Shown piece by piece: positions 51,735-62,881 of a stretch of DNA of 64,000 nucleotides (the stretch's first letter is position 1; each line of letters opens with the position of its first letter). The stretch spans positions 3,263,888 to 3,327,887 of the forward strand of contig NC_092676.1 in the NCBI RefSeq assembly GCF_964355755.1, read 5' to 3'. Both the position numbers and the translations under genes were made by a program. The stretch comes from Antedon mediterranea. Lineage: Eukaryota; Animalia; Echinodermata. The notes below the pieces were generated by a model. The model was given only the letters and a program-made list of their open reading frames with translations. It ran no database searches and was not told where the DNA came from.

Positions 51735-54217
51735 CAAGATACAAGATAACTTTATTGTCAAAATTGTTAACAATTTCGAGATATGTTTTGTACCTGAGTA
51801 GAATAAATAATACGATGTGATAGCTATATAAATAAATACAAATGATACAAGTGACTATCTTTAAAAGTTTTTGTGAAATAAATTGCATGCTATGTACATT
51901 GATGAACATCTTAAACGGTTTGTGGATATTTTTTCCTGTGTCAGTCTAACCATGGAGAAATATTATTTCTCCATGGTCTAACCCTTCCTGATCTACTTAT
52001 AATGATGTCTGAATGTAATGGGTGTGATGGATCTTGCATAATTGTGTCAAATTTCTGAAGTATGAATGTATTAAACATTTCATCTAAAGGTTTCACTTCT
52101 ACACCGATAACTCTGCTGGCCTTATTTACTAATCTCTGAATTTGACTTTTACTGTTTACATTGATATGAGAAAACAAAACAATAATACAATAAGAAATGA
52201 TTGAACAACAGAGGAATAAAACATATGAATGAGATGAGAACCAACATTAAACCGTTTCATTTTCTATATAAAGTACATTCTCTTATTAGCCTTGGTACGG
52301 AGTTCTCTAGTGTTGCTCTCCCAGTTTAGTTTATTATCAATTATTAATCCCCAGTACTTATGACTTTCTACTATTTCAACAATTTCATTATCAATTTCAA
52401 TATTTACATGATTTGTTTTATTTTTCCTTCTAAAATCGACAATAACCTCTTTAGTTTTTTTGGCATTTAGTTCAAGAAAATTTTGTTTACACCAGACTAC
52501 AAATTGTTCAACATATTCATTAAACAGGGATGTATTATTTTTTGAAATTAAACCAACTAGGCAAGTATCATCTGCAAAATTAACATTAAATGATTTACTT
52601 GGATCAATATCACTATAAAAATCAGAATATAATGAAAAAAGTAAGGGTGAGAGAACGCATCCCTGTGGTGCACCTGTATTACAAGTTAACTGCTTAGATA
52701 CGCTACCCCTAAACTTAACAATCTGTGTTCTTTCATTTAAGAAATCAGAAATCCAGATTTAATCTATTAATTATTTCCTTCTTCTCTGATTGAGCCCATA
52801 ATATTTTCATTTTGTTTTACCCGTAAATCCGAAAAGTCACTTTTTTCAAACATGACATATTTAAGTTATCCGCGGTGATGTCAGTATCCTTACTCTTATT
52901 TGATGCAACTTTGTAATTACCCGTAACTTTATTCATACTTTTCCAAACGTTTTTGATATCACCTGATTTAAATGTGTCTTCAATGTGTTTGGCATAGTTC
53001 TGCTTATCTCTTTTAATTACTCGTCTCACTTCTCTTTGTCTAATTTTACTGGCTTTGAAATCTCCTTGTTTAAACATTTCATATTTTTCTTTCATTAGTA
53101 ATCTTAATTCCTTTGAAACCCATGGTTTATTATTTGCATAGATTTTTACGAATTTGATTGGTACAATGGAGTCCTCACAAAACTTAATATATGCTGAGCA
53201 TCTTTCTACCGTGTCGTCAAGTGAATCGCTCTTAAACGTATCCCAATCTGTTATATCAAAACAATCCTTTAGATCATTTATAGCAACTTCTGACCATATC
53301 TTGACCGGTTTTTTAATGAAGTTAAATTTTCTTAATTTCTGCTTATACTTTGGCAATAATTGAATAAGATTGTGATCCGATTTCCCAATTCCATCTTTTG
53401 CTTTTGCCAGGTACGCATTCGGTATATTTCCATAATATTCATCCAATATGCTCTCTTTCCTTGTCGGTACCTTCACGTATTGATGCCAATGAGGTAGTGC
53501 TCTTTTAAGCATACAATGATTGAAGTCGCCTAACACCAGCTTAAACGCATCTGGTGACTCGCTCTCTAATAATCTCATTTCCTGTGCGATTTTTTTCACT
53601 GCTTCTATACGACTTCCTTCTTGTTGAACATATGCAACTGACACAAAGATCTGTGGTATTTCTCTCGGCAAGTAAAAAGGGCGTAGTGCAATCACAATGA
53701 ATTCAACATCTTGACAGCAATGTTTTTTTACTACCTAGATGTTGTTACACCAACGTGTGTTAATGTATTCGCAGACACCGCCGCCTCCCTCCTTTCCTGT
53801 AACATGCAGATCTCTATCTCCCCGCACGCATGAGAACCCATCAATACTGACATCTGCAGTGGTATGTTGGTCTTTCTGTGAAACATAGTAATATAATTAT
53901 ATAAGCTAGATTCTCGGAAGTCTTGTATTGCCATACACGCTTCCAGTTGATCGAGCTTATTGCACAGGGATTGAGCATTTCCAAAAATAACAGTTGGTAG
54001 AGGAAGACGATTTAATCGTCTGAGCCTTCCCTTAATTCATCCTCTGCGTCCCCTTTTACGCGGCTTTGGATTGTAATTGAGATTTAGGTTGCTAGGCCCA
54101 TCTGTGTTTGGATTTGGCCTTAATTGCAACAACTCCTCGCGGCTGTATATGATTTTCATTTTGTGCAGATTCTACTTCAGATACGATGTCGCATGTCTAG
54201 CACAGCGCCCTCCGTTC
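51735..54217 (-). mobile_element. Rex1/Babar-clade non-LTR retrotransposon, decayed and internally deleted
   Basis: APE-region motifs LRPFYLPRE, GDFNH, GKSDH, YKQKL, TDW, NNKPW; RT motifs TGAPQGCVLSPLLFSLY, FADDT, KTKEVIVDFR; 3' tail (TATCTTG)2. Confidence 0.88.
51951..51975. mobile_element. P-like footprint inside the LINE ORF, TSD GTCTAAC
   Basis: gtctaac[catggagaaatattatttctccatg]gtctaac; removing it restores the LINE frame SGRVRLTQEKISTNRL. Confidence 0.8.
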
Positions 54218-54397
54218 AATCGGACAATAACACACATGAGTATGATTATACTAATATATCCGAACATCCCCACCACTAAGCACGTCACTGCTTCAATATT
54301 ATTGAAATAGTCGATTGTTCGCAACATGGGAAAAACAAAACCAGAAAGTAATATAACGGATGTTGCATTACCACAAACAAACACTTCCAGCGAAAAG

Positions 54398-54962
54398 ACC
54401 AAGTAAACTCTACTCAACCAGTAAACTCTACTAAACCAGTAAACTCTACTCAACCAGTAAACTCTACTCAGCCAGTAACTCTACTAAACTAGTAAACTCT
54501 ACTCAGCCAGTAACTCTACTAAACCAGTAAACTCTACTCAACCAGTCAACTCTACTCAGCCAGTAACTCTACTAAACTAGTAAACTCTACTCAACCAGTA
54601 AACTCTACTCAGCCAGTAACTCTACTAAACTAGTAAACTCTACTCAGCCAGTAACTCTACTAAACCAGTAAACTCTACTCAACCAGTCAACTCTACTCAG
54701 CCAGTAACTCTACTAAACTAGTGAACTCTACTCAACCAGTAAACTCTACTCAGCCAGTAACTCTACTAAACTAGTAAACTCTACTCAGCCAGTAACCCTA
54801 CTAAACTAGTAAACTCTACTCAACCAGTAAACTCTACTAAACCAGTAAACTCTACTCATCCAGTAAACTCTACTCAGCCAGTAAACTCTACTAAACCAGT
54901 AAACCCTACTCATCCAGTAAACTCTACTCAGCCAGTAAACTCTACTCAACCAGTAAACTCTA
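54398..54962. repeat. 17/18-bp minisatellite, about 30 copies
   Basis: ccagtaaactctactcaa variants. Confidence 0.95.
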
Positions 54963-55577
54963 TATTGTACATTGTTATCAGTAAAATCAATGAATAGCAA
55001 TCATTGTAAAATAAGTAGGCCTAAACTGTATGTCACTGACTTAAATGTCTTGATTCTAAAGTTTAATTTTGATATGTTTCGCTGTTTTACTTAATGTCCC
55101 TGTTCATAATTCTAGTTGTAAACCCCTTCTTTATGTTACATTTTCTCGTGTTAATGTTTGTAAAAATGGTGTTTTCTGTAGAATTTCGTCATTGTTATTG
55201 TGACTTTCTTAATCAATAAGTACTCCGTGCAGTATTTTACAGTATTTCTCTATACAGCGATAGTGATAATTTCTTAAAATTGTTTATCTTTTCTGCAGTA
55301 ATCGAGGTTTTTCTTTGTCACAGCAACGTACAAAATAAATACAATGACATAACGGTAACATTTTTCTCTAGGAGGCGGTATACAATTTTAGCTACACAAT
55401 AAAAGCAGCATATGAACGCCGTGTGTTTGAGCGGATACGTACATAGAGCTTGTTATCAAGCCAGTATACAGTGCACATTAATCGGATCGAGTGAGTGTTT
55501 AAACCAAGAACCAGTTCTATTGCAAGAATCTACTACAGCTGGCCGATTTGGAAAGTAATCAATCATCGAAAGAAATA

Positions 55578-56228
55578 ATGGCTCATCATCAACATTGGAC
55601 ATTGCTGTTTTACAAGCGCCTTGTTATATTGTATAGTATATCTTGCTGCTGTTGTGCACAATCCTATACTTTTACAAAACAACCAAAATCGGTTTTCGTT
55701 GCTGAAGGACAAACAGCAACGCTGTCGTGTGAATGGACACCAGCATTGGATGGAACGCATAATATTGCATGGTCAGTGTTCCCTTCTGCTGGTTGGAATA
55801 AACGAATTACAAGTTCAACATTAAAATACAATCTAACAAGTAAAGCAACAAAATCATATCTTTCCATGTTCAATGTTGATTCTGATGATGTAGGAACATA
55901 TAGGTGTGATATCCTACACGATCGTTCATACAGTCTTTCTCGGTCGGCTTATGTAGTGATAGGAGAAATAACATGCAGTGATAAAGGTGAAATAGGAAAA
56001 ACGCTGAAATGTTCTTCTGCTTCAAATGATATATATTTACAGTGGTATAAAAACGAACAAAGGATTGAATCAAAATTACATCCAAATAATATTTTAGAAT
56101 CAAGACCGTTGACTGCTGAAGACAATCGAGCTGTGTTTACTTGTAAAGCATGGGATCGATTCGAACATAAAGTTGTAGGAACTTGTGAAACCACTCCGTT
56201 TCTGTCGATTCACCAATGCAGAAATTGA
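55578..56228 (+). CDS. Secreted 2-Ig protein H (216 aa)
   Basis: MAHHQHW start; ends SIHQCRN; decayed Ig3 relic downstream (agtcgtagtggtcgc at ~56552). Confidence 0.87.
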   Translation: MAHHQHWTLLFYKRLVILYSISCCCCAQSYTFTKQPKSVFVAEGQTATLSCEWTPALDGTHNIAWSVFPSAGWNKRITSSTLKYNLTSKATKSYLSMFNVDSDDVGTYRCDILHDRSYSLSRSAYVVIGEITCSDKGEIGKTLKCSSASNDIYLQWYKNEQRIESKLHPNNILESRPLTAEDNRAVFTCKAWDRFEHKVVGTCETTPFLSIHQCRN

Positions 56229-56753
56229 ACAATCACCGCCAGGTACACTTCAAGTTAGAGATAGCCCTTTACCTTACCTGATTTGGGAATCGTAATCCTG
56301 CTCTAGTAAAACTACTTCTAGCAACCACTAACATCTAGTCATTTCCAGATGAAGATTTGTTGAAAACAAGTCGAAACGTCGCACACGTATTGATTACTGG
56401 TTTAACGTAAAGGATTGTATACAGATACTGATTATTATTCATATGAATAGAAATGAAATATCAACCCAGCAGATGTATTGATAACTGTAAAAATCAATTC
56501 ATTTTGCAATAGGTAAATTGAAAGATGCACATGAATGGCAAACGCCTAACTAGTCGTAGTGGTCGCAAAAGTTATAGCGACATATACATTCAACGTTTCA
56601 CAGCTTATATTCATGTAAAAATCAAAATTAAACCCACTAGACACCATAAAGATCAATCTATTGTAAGTGAGGACTGCCTATGACGTACACGAATACTGAT
56701 TGCAACCAGTTCTTAAAGTTTAAAAGCAATTATATTCGTACCTAAAAGGAGAA

Positions 56754-57512
56754 ACAATCAACAACTCGCCCACAATCAACAACTCGCCAACAATCAACAA
56801 CTCCCCAGCAATCAACAACTCGCAAACAATCAACAACTCGCCAACAATCAACAACTCGCCAACAATCAACAACTCGCCAACAATCAACAACTCGCCAACA
56901 ATCAACAACACGCCAACAATCAACAACTCGCCAACAATCAACAACTCGCCAACAATCAACAACTCGCCAACAATCAACAACTCGCCAACAATCAACAACG
57001 CACCAACAAACAACAACACAGCAACAATCAACAACTCGCCAAAACAATCAACAACTCGGCAGCAATCAACAACTCGCCAACAATCAACAACTCGCCAAAA
57101 CAATCAACAACTCGGCAGCAATCAACAACTCGCCAACAATCAACAACTCGCCAACAATAAACAACTCGCCAACAATCAACAACTCGCCAACAATCAACAA
57201 CACGCCAACAATCAACAACGCGCAAAAAAACAACAACACAGCAACAATCAGCAACTCGCCAAAACAATCAACAACTCGCCAGCAATCAACAACTCGCCAG
57301 CAATCAACAACTCGCCAACAATCAACAACTCGCCAACAATCAACAACTCGCCAAAACAATCAACAACTCGCCAGCAATCAACAACTCGCCAGCAATCAAC
57401 AACGCGGCAACAATCAACAACTCGCCAACAATCAACAACTCACCAAAAACAATCAACAACTCGCCAGCAATCAACAACTCGCCAACAATCAACAACTCGC
57501 CAACAATAAACA
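56754..57512. repeat. 18-bp minisatellite, about 40 copies
   Basis: caatcaacaactcgccaa units. Confidence 0.95.
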
Positions 57513-57769
57513 CAGATTAAGTAAATTTGCATTTCAGTATAATGTAACTTTTTGTTTTTAAAACAAGCCCACGATTCAAGGACCATGTAAGGGGTCAAAC
57601 ATTAATGGGTTATCCTTAGTAAAAGTGTATCTAACCTAACTGGGATTAATCGCTTTAAACAATATTTTATAGCTTTTATTAAAATCATATTTTACATCTG
57701 TAAACTTACATAATTTTATATCGTAAGGTTAAAAGTTGTTTTTAACATAATTTTAAAATATTTATAATA

Positions 57770-58438
57770 ACATATTTGTTTATGTTTAAATTATTTATTA
57801 ACATTTTAACATCTGTTTACACGTATTGATATAGTTCCTTGACATTATTTTTTGTTAAATTATCATTTCTTATCATTAATCGTATGATGCTAATACTTAT
57901 GTAGGCTATATACACATAATTAAATAAGTGCAATTGTTCCAGGTCATATAGATGTGCTCTATACACGGAGTTAAAATTTGGTAAAATAAAACGATATTTG
58001 TTTATGTTTAAATTTATTAACATTTTAACATCTGTTTACACGTATTGATATATAGTTCCTTGACATTATTTTTTGTTAAATTTTCATTTCTTATCATTAA
58101 TCGTATGATGCTAATACTTATGTAGGCTTTATACACATAATTAAATAAGTGTAATTGTTCCAGGTCATAGAGACGTGCTCTATACACGGAGTTAAAATTT
58201 GGTAAAATAAAACGATACTTGTTTATGTTTAAATTTATTAACATTTTAACATCTGTTTACACGTATTGATATATAGTTCCTTGACATTATTTTTTGTTAA
58301 ATTTTCATTTCTTATCATTAATCGTATGATGCTAATACTTATGTAGGCTTTATACACATAATTAAATAAGTGTAATTGTTCCAGGTCATAGAGACGTGCT
58401 CTATACACGGAGTTAAAATTTGGTAAAATAAAACGATA
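57770..58438. repeat. 221-bp tandem triplication
   Basis: atacacggagttaaaatttgg at 57961, 58182 and 58403. Confidence 0.9.
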
Positions 58439-59624
58439 CGAGATGAATTAAAATGGCTTCATAATTTATTCACTCTATTCTTGCTTGTTTGTCGATAATA
58501 ACAAGTCGTACCCCTTGTTTTACTAGTACAAATTGTAAATTGTGATTTGTTACAGTATTAATACTTTATAATCTGTTATTGTTGTATAATTCATTTTTCT
58601 TAATTGAAATTATTATCAAACGTTTAATATAGAAAACATCTTTAACGTAAGATAAGAAATATAAAATTAGTGAGCGCCGTAATGGGCAATGAAATATTGT
58701 AAATTCAATAATCATTTAAATATTATTAATTATGTATATACTTTATTAACAGTTACATTTGTTTTCAACAAGACAGACATTGTCGTTAGGAAGTCTATGA
58801 CCATTATTTCCTGTTTGGTTATCGTAGATATTATTTTAGATAATAATAAAACTTATTCAAGAACCATATTAATAAATATATGTGGGGATTAATCTAATCA
58901 TGTGATAATTAAATACTGCCCCCTATAGGTGTTACTGCCCCCTATAATTGTAACAGTCTTTTTCATGAACCTGTCAAGGAAGCAGATAGTTTTGTCTCTT
59001 ATTTAATTAAAGATCTGATTAAAAGGACCATACTGATCTCTATTGTTATGCTAAAAACAAATTAAAACCAAATACACCACCGGACCGTGGTAAAAGTGAG
59101 AAAAGGCGTGTTTTTCCTTTTGTGTTGTCGTCCACATCCTTACATATAATATATACGGTACGAAATAATATTCAACAATGAGAAATTAACATAACGAACA
59201 TGTTAATTATCTTAAACTTTTCATGACGGCGCTCTTAGTATTGAATTGTTTCCGTTTTGTATCTTGTTTTTGCTTTGTAATTCAGTGTGTTCTCTCCATT
59301 TCTGGAGGCTTTCGGAATAAATTGAATTTAGGCTAATTGAAAATAATTTCGTTAAAGTATTTTATTAATGGTTGGAAATCGGCCATAACAGATCATGCAT
59401 TCCCCTGCATTCATGTCATAAATTGGACTTCACATAACATTATTGACAGGGAATTAGACACCGACAGCAGACGCATGAAAGAGGCAATTTGGATACGAAG
59501 AAGACAACAAAAAAACATCAACCGAGACACATATAATTATAACCCTGTAATTAGACAGAATTGGCGCTCTAGAGGTCAGCATGTCTACTTACAGCTTGTC
59601 ATTCTTATAAAAAAGACTTTAATG

Positions 59625-60317
59625 TAACCTACTCATATCTTTCTATTTTCAATGCTGATTCTGATAATGTAGGAACATACAGGTGTGATATCTGGAAAGG
59701 TGATTCATACAGTCTTTCTTGAGAGGCTTATGGCAATCCTATACGTTTACAGAAAATCCAATATCTGTTACGGTAGATAGGGGACAAACAGCAACGTTAT
59801 CGTGTGAATGGACACCAGCATTGAATGAAAAGCATAATGTTGCATGGTTGGCATTCCCTAGTGGTGGTACGTTTCATCTAATTGATAGTTCAACATCAAA
59901 ATACAATCTAACAAGTAAAGCAACCTCATCATATCTTTTCATTTTTAATGTTGATTCTGATGATTTAGGAAGTTACAGGTGTGATATCTGGAAAGGTGGT
60001 GGTTCTTACATTCTTTCACGAGAGACTTTTGTATGGCGAGACCATGCAGTGATGGTGGTGAAATAGGAACAACGCTGAAATGTTCTTCTTCTTCAAATGA
60101 CATATATTTAGAGTGGTATGAAGACGGACAATAGTATAAAAAAGGACAATGGATTAAATCAATATTACAACAAGGTAATATTTTGGAATCAAGACCGTTG
60201 ACTGCTGAAGACAATCGAGCTGTGTTTACTTGTATAGCCAGAGATCGATTCCAACATAAAGTTGTAGGAATTTGTGAAACTACACCGTTTATGTCGATTC
60301 ACCAATGCAGAAATTGA
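59625..60317 (+). pseudogene. IgSF pseudogene I (secreted type)
   Basis: Signal peptide replaced by a duplicated Ig1 E-F-G fragment; frameshift near 60040; TAG near 60132; retains the SIHQCRN-TGA end. Confidence 0.8.
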
Positions 60318-61527
60318 ACAATCATCGCTAGGTACACTTCAGGTTGCAGATAGCTTTAACCATATAACTTAATGATTTAACCCCACTCATGATTATTATA
60401 TTGAATGGGAATCAACTCATTGGCAAGTGTAAAAGATCAATTTGCAATGGGTAATTTGAAGGATACATATCAATGGAAAATTAAATGTAGGCATACTACT
60501 AGTCGTAAACTGTTATAGCACGACCTATACAAGCAACCTACAGCAACAAGAGCCTATTTGCAGTAAAAATCAAACTCAAGCAAGCTACACAATGAAGACT
60601 GAATCTACCTCATTAAAAGTGAAAGGTTTGCGTGTGATATACAAGAATACTGATTGTAATGGTTACAATAACAAAAATATTATTGTATTCGATAAATAGA
60701 TCCAATAACATTAATCAGAATACAGTTATTGAAGTCTTACAGGGAACAAGAAAAGAAAAAAAAACTCAACATTATTAAAACTCAGATAATTTTGTCTTTT
60801 GAAATAGTAGGCTTATGTGCATAATTTGCTGATGTAATTGTATATAACCATACTGGGATTAATCTTTTTAACAATTATTTTTTAGCTTTTTGTATCATTA
60901 ATCGTTTTATGATAATACTAATGTATATACACATATACTTAAATAAGTGTAATTATTTCAGATCATAGATAGAGACGTGTTCGATACACGGAGGTAGAGT
61001 TCGATAAAATAAAACGATACGAGATGAACTAAGATGGCTTCATATTTTATTCACTACATGCTTGCTTGTTTGTCGATAATAACAAGTCGTACCCCTGTTT
61101 TACTAGTACAAATTGTAAATTGTGATTTGTTATAATATTAATATTTTCCATTACAGCAAAGTCGAAATCACTTTATAATCTGTTGTTGTTGTATAATTAA
61201 TTTTTCTTAATTGAAATTATTAAACGTTTAATATAGAAAACATCTCCGATGCAAGATAACAAATCTATAACCAGTGAACGCCGTAATAGGCAATGGAATA
61301 TTGTAAATATTAAATATAATTATTTAAAGGCATAATGTATATTCTTTATTAGAATTCTTCTTACCATTCTCCTCTAGAAAGAATGGGAGTTTTCTTCAAG
61401 GATAAGGCCAGTGACTTGATTACCGGAGACATTTAATCAATAACTAAAACTATTGAAGAACATAAATATATACGGTACGAAATAGACGACAACATCAAGA
61501 AAGACGCTAATTACAGGATGGATAAAC

Positions 61528-61558
61528 CAGGAAAATTATTATTAATTTCTCTTCCCTG
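61528..61558. mobile_element. P-like footprint, TSD GATAAAC
   Basis: gataaac[caggaaaattattattaatttctcttccctg]gataaac. Confidence 0.6.
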
Positions 61559-62881
61559 GATAAACTATAAAATCATGCTTATAAACTAAGTCTAATTTGA
61601 GGCTTAGGGAGTAGAGTAGAACGAATCATGAGTAGGCCCTGGCACTAAGAGTGAACCATGGACCTTGAGCTTGGAAAGCAATTTACAGCTTACTAAAATA
61701 CTTTCATCAAAGTATTTTAGTAGTGTATGCAGTTCCAACGTTCAGTATTTTGTTATCCTATTCTTTGCTAAAGTCTATCATAGCAAGTTACATAAAAACA
61801 GATATTTACATTACAGTATTGAAGTAACAATACTGTATTTTGAGAACTTTCGATACGTAATTTGTTTTATTTCAAGTTTCACTAATCTTGTAAGTTTGTC
61901 AGTATGTAAACGTACAGTACATTCGAAGTAGTGCAACGCCAGAACAATGCAGCGAAACTTGCGCAGGATGTTGATAAAATTCTAAGATTGATCATAAGTA
62001 CTAAAATAAAAAAAAATTAAAGTGGTCCAGAATTGGGATCCTGTTTTTAGTCGGCTTTGCCTCTCGAAAAATAAACTTCCATCTTTCACCTCATGACATT
62101 TTAAACATTCATTTTGTATAGTACAATATTTCATTTAGCCTATGCGTACAAGCAAATGTGGAGTAAAGCTAACTACAGTACGATGACGTCACATTGGTGC
62201 GCACGATCATCACTGATGTGCCTACTTAAGAGGTGGCTTCCACTAATCTTTTCTGGTTCAGACCTATAGAGTTGTACGCTTCGTAGGTCTCAACAGGCCC
62301 TAAATGATGCACGTATAGGAAAGGGAATGGGTTTGTGGTTCTATGTACTTGATTAAGTCAAATCTACCACGCCCTCTAGAGGGAGAAAACAAGAATTTTG
62401 AATTTTAACAAATTAAAAACCATTTTGTAAACTTTGAAATGTTTTTCTTGGTTGGTAATCGCGGGAACTGTAGTCAATAATAAAATCTATTCAAAATAAA
62501 AGAACCATGGAAATAGTACTAACCCGACATTCTAAATAAATAGCATACAGTGCGGTGATAATCCTTAACAAAATATTTCATGCAATAATCGGAAACGTGT
62601 CAAAAAATTAAGATAGAAATGGCAATACGTTTTAGTAAAACCTTATCTATTGAAAATGCATATACAGCCGGTATACAGTTTTAGCGATATTATTCCCCTA
62701 CAGCAATAATGGAATATGATATATCGGATACGCATGCATTTCCTTAATGTCTTATTATTACCAGGAATGGACACAGTGATCAGGAATTTGATTGAGCAAG
62801 TGCTTAAACAAGAACCATCTCTAGCATTATACTTAGTATTTGGAAAGTAATCAACCATAGCAAGAAACTACAAAGTGTATA

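Larger units (their letters stand above)
51640..54400 (+). pseudogene. Remnant of the receptor E cytoplasmic tail (51640-51734 plus 54218-54400), split by a LINE
   Basis: Matches 42500-42775 (tcatcaaatcgaccactgaacaatattgg..; ccactaagcacgtcactgcttc); ectodomain deleted. Confidence 0.8.

Noticed and set aside
56720-57359. GELLIV / WRVVDC repeat ORFs (also SRVYWL at 54172-55000)
   Set aside because: Translations of 18-bp minisatellites
62772-62816. RSS-like CACAGTG..ACAAGAACC upstream of gene J, with similar TACAGTG..CAAGAACC before C, D and H
   Set aside because: Spacer is 29 bp here and about 20-30 bp elsewhere, not 12 or 23; it lies upstream of the leader; the genes are complete with no J-like segments
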